From: Octopus bimaculoides
Taxonomy: Eukaryota
DNA length: 64,000 nt
Assembly: GCF_001194135.2 (NCBI RefSeq)
Contig: NC_068990.1
Span: forward strand, 68,057,088 to 68,121,087
Reading direction: 5' to 3'
Below the pieces are notes generated by a model. The model ran no database searches. It had not been told where the DNA came from and was given only the letters and a program-made list of their open reading frames with translations. This document shows positions 52,167-64,000 of this stretch, in pieces. Numbering within the stretch: position 1 is the first letter of the stretch; every line of letters starts with the position of its first letter. The position numbers were made by a program, and so were the translations under genes.

Positions 52167-52684
52167 TGTGTGTGTGTGTGTGTGTGTGTGTGTTAAATCA
52201 TATATATATATATATATATATAGCATATCAAAACATATATAGTGTGTTAAATACATATGTAATATGTTAAAATGCATATAGCATGTTAAACAAAACAAAA
52301 CTTCAATTTAAGATGGCCGCTGTTGCTGGGTTTTCTGCTTAAAATAGAAATGTAAATAAAGAAGCGTGTGCATATGTGTGTAAAGAAATATGTGAGCTGT
52401 GCTATGCAGCTGGTCTAATCCAGCTGATGCTAGATATTCCTTTTACATTAGTTTACTGCTTATGGCACAGAAAAAAGATTGGGTCACTTTGGGTATTATT
52501 TAGGACAGCTGCTTGTTTAGTTTGATTGAAATAGAAAGGCAAAGGCTGTTGCATCAAATGGTAAATGGACAAGACAAGACAAGACATTTTGATTTGTCTT
52601 TGTATATTTGTATAAATGTCTCTTAGTATTTCTTGTTGTGTATGTGTCAAGATGTGTACACACATACAACATACATGTATACAT

Positions 52685-52720
<36 letters not shown>

Positions 52721-53824
52721 NNNNNNNNNNGTGTGTGTGTGTGTGTGTGTGTGTGCATGTGTGCATGTGTGTGTGTGTGCGTGTGTGCGCATGCGTGTGC
52801 ATATTCATATAGAAACACATCAGATACATATGTGCATATCCAATGTATGCATGCAAAATAATAGATAAAAACAGAAATTTATGTATATGAGTGTAAAGCT
52901 TGTACATGTGCATATGTATACTCTTCATAAACTGCAGATATACATGACGCTGTATATGTACTTGGCATAATTTCAGCCAGACCATAACTGCAATAGCTCA
53001 AACCTTCAAAAAAATTCAGCAAAAAATAATTATCTTTACATGCATACAAATGCAGAATGATTAATATGCATAGTGAATGCATGTAAGGGGGGAAAAAAAA
53101 TCAAAATTGCTGACATTTACTTTAGAGACCTACAAAACTAAGATATAACTACTGTTCATGTCCAATGTCAGGGAAAGTAGAATATTCATAATCAATGGCT
53201 AAAAATATATTTTTTGTCTATGACCAAGACTTTACCATTATACACAGACAAATATTTATATGAACATGTGTGTATATACATGTCTGTGGGAGATATTTAT
53301 ATATATATATATATATATATNNNNNNNNNNNNNNNNNNNNNNNNNNNNNNNNNNNNNNNNNNNNNNNNNNNNNNNNNNNNNNNNNNNNNNNNNNNNNNNN
53401 NNNNNNNNNNNNNNNNNNNNNNNNNNNNNNNNNNNNNNNNNNNNNNNNNNNNNNNNNNNNNNNNNNNNNNNNNNNNNNNNNNNNNNNNNNNNNNNNNNNN
53501 NNNNNNNNNNNNNNNNNNNNNNNNNNNNNNNNNNNNNNNNNNNNNNNNNNNNNNNATAAATATTTTATATTGAACTAAGAATTATGCATTTCATTTTGCT
53601 GTTGAAAGATGAAATGCATGTTTTGATTTAGATACATTATGATATTAAAAAGTATTTACCCAACCAATATCATTGAAGGCACAAAAGCAGGAGAATAAGA
53701 ACATTATCCTCAGAAAAGCCAACATTAACAGGGGCATCAAGTACAAAACAACAATAAAGCACTCACATCCAGCGATTATAATTAATTCAGAAGTTACCAG
53801 CAACAGAAAACAATTAGAATACAA

Positions 53825-53975
53825 ATATCAGTTTCCTTCCATTAAATCCACTCACAGGGCTTTGGACACCTCGCAGCTTTGTAAAAGACACTTGTCCAAG
53901 GTGCTACATGTTGGAACTGAAGCCAGAACCATGTGGTTGGAAACAAATTTAACCACATAGCCATGCCCATGTCTC
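53825..53975 (-). mobile_element. SINE family A, 5' half
   Basis: tcagtttccttccattaaatccactcacagggctttgg..aagacacttgtccaaggtgc..gaaccatgtggttgg. Confidence 0.7.
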
Positions 53976-54479
53976 TTCATGATAAATTTCCCTGGCAACT
54001 GAAACAATAACTTTATAATATGTTTTATAAAAGCTGCCATATATGTAACATAAAACATTAGGGAAGGGCTTTACAATGTGAATGGTGCAATGTGAATAGT
54101 GCTAATAACCCCAAGATGAAGCGCTTAAGATTGAATACAACTCAGTCAATCCAGTAGTTGGAGCCTCACAACAGTGAAGGGGCCAGTGTACTGAGAAGCT
54201 GTTGAGAAGAAGCCCCTAAAGTTGTGTGCATTCTCTCCCGAAGATTCCTGAAACCATCTGGCATGTAGAGCTTTTGACTGAGATCACTTGCAAGCTGTTC
54301 CTTAGTTTCTCACATAAAACATTAGTGCTAAATACTATTTCATTTTCTACTGTAATGCGACAAAACATACAGCTATCATCATAGTAGAACAATTTTTTTC
54401 TGATATTATCTTTGTATGAGAACTGTAATTCATATTGTAATAGAAAAAAAAATATTTAAATCTTGTTCACATTATACTT

Positions 54480-55450
54480 TTAGCTTAGCAGTAATTGAAG
54501 CTAGCTGCACAATAGTTAATTTTCTTGATATTACTTTGCATGAAAACTGTTATTACACTATTAATTATTGTTTGATTTTCTAATATTAGCACAAAGAGAA
54601 GTGCAACTTTTTTACACAATAGAAAATATTAGCCATTCTGTATTAGTCTGTGAGGAAAATGTGATTGCATTTTAAAACAGCATCTGTATTCATGATGTAA
54701 ACTTGGCAGAATATGCAGAAAGCTGTATAACAAACTCAATCTAAATCATTTTTCCAACATTGTGAGATGATACAATTGATAAAATAATTGAAAATGAATG
54801 CAAACTATGGAATGTATTATACAATGACAAGATGTTACCATAGGAAGAAGACTAGTAGAGAAACTGGAAAGATTCCAAGAAAAACACATGAAGTTTCAAT
54901 GAAATATTTATCTTTTGCATGATACTGCTCATGCCATTCAAAAATTATATGTTCTCAGATTATCCATCAAGACATTAAACAGATGGTAGCAGATGAAATT
55001 ATGAATGCAACAAAAATTATGTAAAGATCAATTCAGGATGTGTGAAACCTTGAAATGTCCAAAGAAAAATACTGAGATTTTTATATACTTATCTATGATA
55101 TTAAGAATGAAGAAAAGTTATTCCATCTGGAAGTGATAGACTGAGAATACTCTCTTCTTGCAATAAAACTAGGTATAGAGTTCTTAAGAAGTTTTACAAA
55201 TGCCAGTACCTTTTATGATTCCTGCAAGTTAAGCTTGAAGATTACGACCCAGAAATATGATGCAACAAATGAGATGCAATGAAGGTTCTTGTAATGAGTT
55301 CTTGTGTTTGTGCCAGCAGTCATGGCATTAATAAAGAATGACTAATCACTGAAAACAGCCAGACTGAAGAAACCAATTCTTGATGATTACCTACCACTTT
55401 TGCATAATAAAATGATAAGATGCAATAATTGAGAGACAAAACTTCTGAAT
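54480..55450 (+). pseudogene. Probable highly decayed Penelope-like RT relic
   Basis: VIEASCTIVNFLDITL resembles the PLE RT motif IEANxxxVNFLDITL; the rest is riddled with stops. Confidence 0.4.
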
Positions 55451-55813
55451 TATCAACATCAAAAGAATAAAATGACTTCCATTTATCATGACATACAATA
55501 TTAGTTTTTTTAGGAATGAGTCATAGGCACACCTTCCAAATCTTACTTTAACTTTAAATGCAACCAACAACGTTTGCTATTTTTACATGTTTCTTTTTTA
55601 TGCCTGCATCGGTTCGATGAGTATTATATTGAAGTAATGTTTTTTTCTGTGGGATGCCCTTCCTGTCACCAATCCCCACCTATTTTTAAAGGAAGGGGTA
55701 CCTTATTGCACACACCCTTAAAGATGCAAAACCAATGAATGATTTGTTGACAGGCAAAATAACAATGCTACCAGTTGTAGGACAGATATTTTTGGAACCA
55801 CATAAACCACACA

Positions 55814-55878
<65 letters not shown>

Positions 55879-55894
55879 GTGTGTACATACATAC

Positions 55895-56040
55895 ATACAA
55901 CAGGTTTCTTTCAGTTTCTATTGACCAAATCCACTCACAAAGCTTGGATCTACTGCAGTAGATGACATTTGTTCAAGGTATTGCACAGTAGAACTGAATC
56001 GAAATCCACAAGGTTGGGAAGCATATTTCTTAAACACATT
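55895..56040 (-). mobile_element. SINE family A, 5' half
   Basis: tttctttcagtttctattgaccaaatccactcacaaagc...gaactgaatc. Confidence 0.65.
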
Positions 56041-57430
56041 TTCCTTCCATATTGCCTAAAACCACATATCAATTCCTCTATTTACAAATCAAGAGACTGA
56101 ATAAATTAAACAATAGGTTTCAGCCTTTGTTTCACTTATGCCATTCTGCCAACACCGATGGGCTACATCCATCTCATTTACACCTACAGGTCACATCCAA
56201 TCTGGTAGGTATTCATAGTGTATGTCAATAGATGGCACCAAAAACTCTTGTCTACCTGCCCAACACTTACAGCTTTCAACTTTTCAATCAGCAGGTAAAA
56301 ATTTTTCCTCACCTTAACCCTAACACCACCAAAACACTCTTATCATTACAAACCACAGGCAAAAGCATCAATCATTATTATCTTGTTCTTCAGCTATAAT
56401 TAGCAGCAAAATACACCTAATTAATATTATCTTTAGTTTGGATTCCACACATGCATTATGGGACATATTATTAATGTCAGAAGGTATAACACGAACAACA
56501 TTTCTCTTTTCCCTTATTACTGACGAGATTTTTTTTGAGACGCTGCTTCTTTCTACGATGAGAATGTTTGTTGTTTGTTTGTTTTGCTGTTTTGATGTGC
56601 TCAGTGTCAGTTCCTAGTGGAGATATAATTACCATGATTAGAGTAATAAGTACTGCTTCGCCCCCCCCCCACTACCACCACCACCACAACAACCACTTCC
56701 ATCATTTTCATCATCATAATCATTCTCACAGTTAATGTTATCGTTTGCTTTATGTCTTTCCCATCGCAATCTCACTCCTCACCATTACTACCACTACCAA
56801 CTTCATCCTAGTCGCCATTGTCATCATCAGGCCATCGTCATCATAAGCATCTGCATGATTCCTCATGTAAATATTGTTCTAATAATAATAATCCCCCTCT
56901 CTCATAAGGCAGTGCTCAACAGTCTTCTCACAACTACTACCCGACCAGCACCCTCCCCTATCGCCACCATGACCCTTCTCACTACCACCAATGTCATTTT
57001 TACATTCCTAATTTGCCAGTATCATCAGCAGTAGCAGCAGTATCTATGGCATGGTTCCACTCTTAAATACCATTCTAATAATAATTATAATCTTCCTCTA
57101 TCATATCACCATCCTTAAACACCATCCTTAAACACCATCCTCCCCATCACCACCACCACCACCACCACCACTAACATTCTCTCAACCATTAATGTCATTT
57201 TCATAATCCATCCTCACCATCATCATCATCATCACCACTGTTATCAATCACTAAGAAACAACAACTTTGAGCAATAATGACAGTTTAATGACTACATGGT
57301 CTAAGATCTTGATAATGAACATGCGGTGGTGAAGTGAAAATAGTGACCATGAATTCATTTGTGTAGTTACCTCATGGTCTCGTTTAGCCCTAGGTCAGCA
57401 TTGACCAAGCACACTGATAATTGCAACATA

Positions 57431-57665
57431 TTCTTATTTCTTTATTGCCCACAAGGGGTTAAACATAGAGGGGATAAACAAGGACAGACAGAGGGATTAA
57501 GTCGATTACATCGACCCCAGTGCGTAACTGGTACTTAATTTATCGACTCCGAAAGGATGAAAGGCAAAGTCGACTTCAGTGGAATTTGAACTCAGAACAT
57601 AATGGCAGACGAAATACTGCTAAGCATTTCGCCCGGCGTGCTAATGTTTCTGCATGCTTGCTGCC
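57431..57665 (-). mobile_element. SINE family B, full-length reference copy
   Basis: CpG-rich; minus strand ggcagcaagc..gaaacattagcacgccgggcgaaatgcttagc...ttctgagttcaaattcc...gggcaataaagaaataag. Confidence 0.88.
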
Positions 57666-57719
57666 TTCATTTGCAGCATATTCTATCCATGGTCATATCT
57701 TTTATTACACAGGATGCAG

Positions 57720-57930
57720 AGGCAGTGAACTAGTAGAATCATAAGACAGTTGGAAAAAATGCATAATTTTCCTTCTGGTTCAATATGTTCTGATTTCAAA
57801 TTTTCACATTCCACTGAGATCGATTCTACCTTTCATCCTTTCAGAGTCAATGGAGTAAGTACCAGTTCAGCAGTTGGAGATTGATGAAATCACCTTAACT
57901 CCTCAGCTAAAAACTGCAGGACTTATGCCT
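57720..57930 (+). mobile_element. SINE family B (degenerate), head-to-head with the previous copy
   Basis: ggcagtgaactagtagaatc...tatgttctgatttcaaatt...cctttcatcctttcagagtcaat..taagtaccagtt. Confidence 0.7.
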
Positions 57931-58054
57931 ATGCCATTATTTGAAACCCTTTGAAACTATTACATAGATGTAAAAAAAAAATAAAACCTCACTGATCTAT
58001 CACACCATGACATTTCAACAGCAAATGGACAGTGTTCACTGGGCCAAACCCAAA

Positions 58055-58290
58055 TCATTATCATCATCATCTTTTAACGTTCATTCTTCATGCTGGCATG
58101 GGTTGGACAATTTGACAGGAGCTGACCAGCTAAAGGGCTGTTCAGGTTCCATTTGTCTGTTTTGTTATGGTTTCTACAGCTGGATGCCCTTCTTAGAGTC
58201 AACCATTTTACATAATGTAGTGGATGATTTTACGTGACACCTGCACAGGCACTTTTATGTGACACTGGTACAAGCGTTTTATGTGACGTC
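58055..58290 (-). mobile_element. RTE LINE 3' tail
   Basis: catcatcatcttttaacg..catgctggcatgggttggacaatttgac...cagctggatgccctt. Confidence 0.78.
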
Positions 58291-59363
58291 TAGTGACTGA
58301 TAGAGGAAACAATTAAACATTTGCTGCATAGAGGTACCCTTACTAGCCATCTAAGTTCACTAGTATCACATTGAACATTGTGCAAAATATGAGAGATTTT
58401 CAAGAAGCATCCTGTATATCAAGGACTCTACTCTTCAGTATATTTTTTCTATTTTAAGATGATAGTTGATTTGAGTTAAATTTGGCAACTATTTCTTTCA
58501 GGGTGGGCAGCTGATAGTTGAAGTTTATTTAAGATGTTACAGTCATGAATCAATTTTTTAATAGATGGTACATATGACTGCTGTTTTTTAAAGACTATTG
58601 ACTTTGCTTTAGGTATTTATGTAGTCACATACCACCGGAAGAAGGGAGAGCAGCACCAGTACTCACCAGGTTCTCTTTTTCAGTTGAGAAGACTAGAGCA
58701 TCTTGAAAGGAAATGCTTGAAAGGAAAGGAGCCAATGTGTTATCATGACATGATCATGAACCAAACAACTGCAACAATAACATCAATATTATTATTTTAT
58801 ATAGTGATGCTACTCTTTAATGAAAGACAGGAGCCTCATAGGTTCTTCAAAAGCTATGGGTTTGCAGAAGTTCCACTCTTTATCTCCATCACACACACAG
58901 AGAACAGAATCATTTAATTCACCTAAGGCTCCATTAAGCATTAATGCACCATCTTAAAACAAATATAAACCACCTTATTAAGCCACTTTACTTCATCAAC
59001 CTTTGCCTCTGGCCAGTTTCTTTATTCTAAGTGCCTAATCTAATATTATAATGGGATACAAGTTTTTATTCTATGCTTTACTCAGCAAAATTATGTTAAA
59101 ATAGGTATTGAATTTATTCAATTTTTTAGGGTGAAATTATTTTTTATTATTCTTAATTATTGCTGTTGTGTTTTATATATTACTTTTTGATATAGATGTA
59201 TTCTTTACCAACATAAAAGCTAATTAGTTCAGCAGAACAAAGTACCAGTAGATCCATGCAATCATAATAGTTATCTTATGGTTACTACGATACAATGCTT
59301 TTAGAAACCCTCGAGAAAAGAGTTTTTAGAAAAACTTCATTGATAACAACCCATATTATATAG

Positions 59364-59394
<31 letters not shown>

Positions 59395-60557
59395 TGTGTG
59401 TGTGTGAATATGTATGTATATTAATGACTGAGCTTGATGCAGCTCTGCAGCTCACTGCTTCCCAGTCAAAGTGTCCAACACATGCCAGCATGGAAAGCAG
59501 ATATTAAATGATGATGATGACACCAATGATGATGATGAAGGTGTGTACGTTTGTGAACACCCAAAGCCCTCATCCTTTGAATCACTCTGTTGCTTCTGCT
59601 AAATATCAATAAAAATATACATATATTTTGAGCTCTATTTTTCTTGTTTACATCACCATATATATATAAGGTCCTAGTAGGGTGTAAAGTTTGAGTATTT
59701 CCAGAGAAGCACTCAACCCAAATACTGGGCTATCAACATTATCCTCAGGTGTAGAAAATCCAAGTTTCATGATGATCACACCGTAAAATGGGTTTGGCGA
59801 AGATGTTATGAAGACAAAGAAGATTCTTTAACACACCTTTAAGAATTTTCTTTTTCTTCTCCTTATCATTTGGATAAATATATATATTAGCTTACTTACC
59901 TTTGTCAGCCTCACTGAGGAGGCAATTAAGCTGAAACTTGGAAGACAATGTCAACTTTTCCTTATAAAGCTAATATATATATATAAGAAACTTTTCAATT
60001 TTAATGAAATAAGTGTTGATATCTAAAGTTATAATGAATGATGTAGCTTCTCATTTAGAATTAGGGCTATATGTAATAAAGAATTACATCTTAACATAGT
60101 GTGTATGAAACACAGATATCTGGTTTTGATATAGATTATATCAAGTGATAAATTTTGGTTATATCATGGTTTATGAAGGGAAACATTTATATGCACATAT
60201 TTCTCTGTTCATGAACATCCACAAATACAATATCATGTGTATTTCTTATCTTAGGCAAAGCGCAAATGCTGGAATTTCTATAAGAGTATATTTATTTGCG
60301 TAATTAAGCTATGTTGCTTTATCATTGTCACATACTGAACCTCATTTCAAAATTGCTCCTGTATTTTTGGTCATCATCATTGTAATAATGTCCACTTTCC
60401 ATATTTGTTATGTTCAGATGGAATTTATTAAGGCAGATATTTTAATTCAACCCTCTTGTTTCCAAGTAAAATATTCCCCTTTGCAAGAAATGTTTTCACA
60501 GAAGACTGGAAATGAATGATGCCACTTGTAGACAAGAAAACACACATACATAAGAGA

Positions 60558-60688
<131 letters not shown>

Positions 60689-60979
60689 ATGCAGTGCATT
60701 GTACAAGGTACAGTGCTGCACCGATAACCAGCCGGTGGAAGATTTACTTGGGGTTAGACTAGTGGTAACGTGGAACACCCACTTTGATGTGGCAGACAGA
60801 CAGCAGGTGCGAGCTAGATAAGCTTAGTATAGAAAACACATAGTACTGCTCAAATGAATGTGAACCTAAACTGTGACCACTTCAACCAGGGCAAGGCCCA
60901 CAGAATCAAGAGTGGCTATAAGAGAAATCCAAACTGAGCAGAGATAGAGGTGGTAATGTCGATAAGCACAATTTGGCTT

Positions 60980-61014
<35 letters not shown>

Positions 61015-61288
61015 ATAAAAGCCAAAATATAAAAAAATTATGAAATGTCATGATAGCTGTTTTAGGAAGCTAAGAGTTATGTAATAATCATTCTGAAAAT
61101 AGACTAAGCAGAGCATGAGTACACACAAGAACGGAAAGTGTTGCTGGAGAGGTCACAGATGTGTAACGGAAGATTTCTGGACAAAGGATATGAGTTGGAA
61201 TACGAACAGTAATAAATGAGTGAGGAATGAATATGTAGCGCAAGTGTTTATTTGGCAAAAAAAAAAGAGACTATCCCAAACTACAACA

Positions 61289-61334
<46 letters not shown>

Positions 61335-61402
61335 CAAGCCAAAATGTGCTTGTGTATGTTACTATGTCTCTCTCTCACTCCTTCTCTTACATATCATCAT
61401 CA

Positions 61403-61618
61403 TTAACCCTTTAGCATTCAGATTAATATGTCAAAAGTAATCCTTATTCATTTACATTTTAAAAAATTAATCTGGTATTATCTTGTAGCTTCAAGATTTG
61501 AAAGATGTAATTATTTTATTTTTAGAATGACATTGCAGGGTAGGTGTGAGATACTGGTTCTGGCCAGTTTGAGCATAAAATGAGTAGAATATTTGGGCCA
61601 GATATAGCCGGTTTAAAC
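61403..61618. mobile_element. piggyBac-type MITE, right end disrupted
   Basis: Starts ttaaccctttagcatt; ends ccggtttaaac without the matching gctaaagggttaa. Confidence 0.6.
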
Positions 61619-61800
61619 TTTCATTTTCTAAGCTGGCATGGGTTGGATGATTTGACAGGCACTGACAAGCTAGAGAGCTACACATGGCTCCACTTGTCTG
61701 TTTTGGCAAAGTTTCTGCAGCTGGTTACCTTTCCTAATGTCAAACACTTTGTAGAGTATACTAGGTACTTTTTAAGTGACAGCAGCATGGGTGCTTTAGT
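61619..61800 (-). mobile_element. RTE LINE 3' tail
   Basis: gctggcatgggttggatgatttgacagg...cagctggttacctttcctaatg. Confidence 0.7.
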
Positions 61801-62555
61801 CAGTCTAGGGGCCATACTGCAAAGCCTCGATAAATTCTCTCTTATTCACAGAAGCATAGAAAAGTAGAATCTAAAATGATGACAATGGCTCTGCACCATG
61901 GGCAAAATACTGATCACACTATATTTATATAACAGCAGAACAGACAGAAATAAAAATGAGAGAGACATACAGACAGACAGGCAAGCAGATAGACAGACAG
62001 GCAAGCAGATAGACAGACAGGCAAGCAGATAGACAGACAAGTAGATAGGCAGATAGACACAGGGAGAATATGATGGCAGAATGGCTCATTTAATTGTAAA
62101 ATGATAGTTTGGTGGTTTTCAGAGCAATGATCATCTTTCTTAGGCAAGAATAATGGAAGTTACACTTGATATAGCAAATATTATATCAACATAGAATTCT
62201 CTGCATCATAATGCAGTATGTGCAGCAATATAAGAGGCACAATCAAAAGACAGTGTTACAGAATTCTCTGACCATCACATTATTTGATAACAAACTCATT
62301 TGAATTCAAATGGCAACTGAGAGAGAATAATATCTGTATTCCTGAGTAGATATGTAATTATAGCTAGTCATCTTAACAATAAATAAATTATCCAATGACA
62401 GATCAGTTTACATACAGCTATGGCAAACTATATATTTACCCATGTTATTCAAGCTTATTGCTTTTTCAAGTTGTTATATAACCAAAAAGAAATTCAAGTT
62501 GCTTGATGGATGCACAAATGAGAAAAAGATGTACGTAAGTGTGAATGCATGCATG

Positions 62556-62605
<50 letters not shown>

Positions 62606-63639
62606 ATTTTTGTACATATGTATGTACAAGCATACATATATCAACTATATCTACAAATATATTTTGTGTACAGTCATATAATTACAATCATGTGTGTATA
62701 CACAAAAACATGCACACATATGTATAAATATAGATATAATCACATATATACATATGTACATAAACATATACATATATATATATATATACATATATGTGCA
62801 TATATACATGCATATATATATATATACAAACATACACATATATATATACATTTGCATGAGTACATGTGTGTATCAATACACAATATGCATGTATATTTGT
62901 AAAAGAAAAATTGTGTGTGTGTGTGTGTGTGTAAATATCTATGTATATACACATGTTTATTTGTAAAGACAAAGATTATTCTTATAAATATGTATACTAC
63001 ATTACTACATGCAGAAACATTTGTTAAAGTGGTTAAATGGCTATTCAATGCTGAATACTAAAACAATTCTGAGATTTCTGAGTAATTAAAAGACTAATTG
63101 AAAAAGTCAAATTTCATTTTCATTTGATTTATTAATGTAAAGCAATTTATCTTTTCACAGTTTAAATATTCACAAGCACACTCCATGGTTATCTCTCCTA
63201 TAAACATATTACTTCTACCATCACTGACAATTGTATTATATTTCATAGAACATAACTCGAATGAAGCATTAGTTTTACAGTGAGTCAAATATGGAGTAGC
63301 TTCTTAATAACTTTATTACAGATACTTCCTAATAATGTCATCTTTAAAAACAAAAGGACACTCAGTTTTGATAAAGCTTGAAAAAAAAAAAAAAAATTGA
63401 TGGTGGACAGGACTTGACAAAATTTTGTTGAGGTGTATTTTGTATGGTTGGATGCCTTCCTATCATCAGCCCTCAGCTGTTTCTAACTAAGGCAATATTT
63501 TCCCATAGACAAACTTGCCCTTCCATAGAAGACTCGAAATGAACAACTGGTAATGTTTGTTTACAATCATCACATGATGTCAAAACATAGGTACAGCCAA
63601 ACATACACAATAAAAGTGTGAAAGTGTGTGTGCATTTGG

Positions 63640-63886
63640 GCCTCATGGAGGCAATGACAAATGACCGAGACCTTTGGCATTATGCCATGCTTGAGAGGAA
63701 AACCCATCAAGCCAAGTAAAAACATAGTCGTGGCAGATACTGGTGACATGCAAATGGTATTGTAGTTGGGGTGAGGAAGGGCATTCAGTCATTGAAATCA
63801 TACAGCTTTCCAGCTAGCCAGCCCTGGTCAAACCATCCAATCCATGTCAGCATGGTCAATGGACATTTGATGATGATGATGATGAC
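63640..63886 (+). mobile_element. RTE LINE 3' end (deleted)
   Basis: gggcctcatggaggcaatgacaaatgaccgagacctttgg (ORF end) and tail ggtcaaaccatccaatccatgtcagcatgg..(gat)n. Confidence 0.78.
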
Positions 63887-63908
63887 AAATCTATATATAT
63901 ATATATAC

Positions 63909-63985
<77 letters not shown>

Positions 63986-64000
63986 CACATATATATATAC

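Overview
AT-rich, microsatellite-dense animal genomic DNA from a gapped draft assembly. The repeat types (tRNA/CORE-type SINEs, RTE LINE tails ending in (GAT)n) look like an octopus/coleoid cephalopod genome; this is inferred from recalled repeat families, not from a search. I find no intact host gene. Almost all ORF-track entries are microsatellite or N-gap artefacts. The real coding signal is decayed transposons: a 5'-truncated RT + restriction-like-endonuclease LINE (R4/Dong type) sitting in a (TAA)n tract, several RTE LINE 3' ends, CR1/L2-like 3' ends, two Tc1/mariner relics and a probable Penelope relic, plus several MITEs. The most striking object is an ~820-bp palindromic insertion (12744-13564) flanked by a 12-bp target-site duplication. 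Each arm carries a tRNA-like Pol III head followed by a minimal hammerhead-ribozyme motif, suggesting a non-autonomous Penelope/retrozyme-like element. Repeat boundaries were read by eye and are approximate (about +/-10-20 bp) unless exact motifs are quoted.
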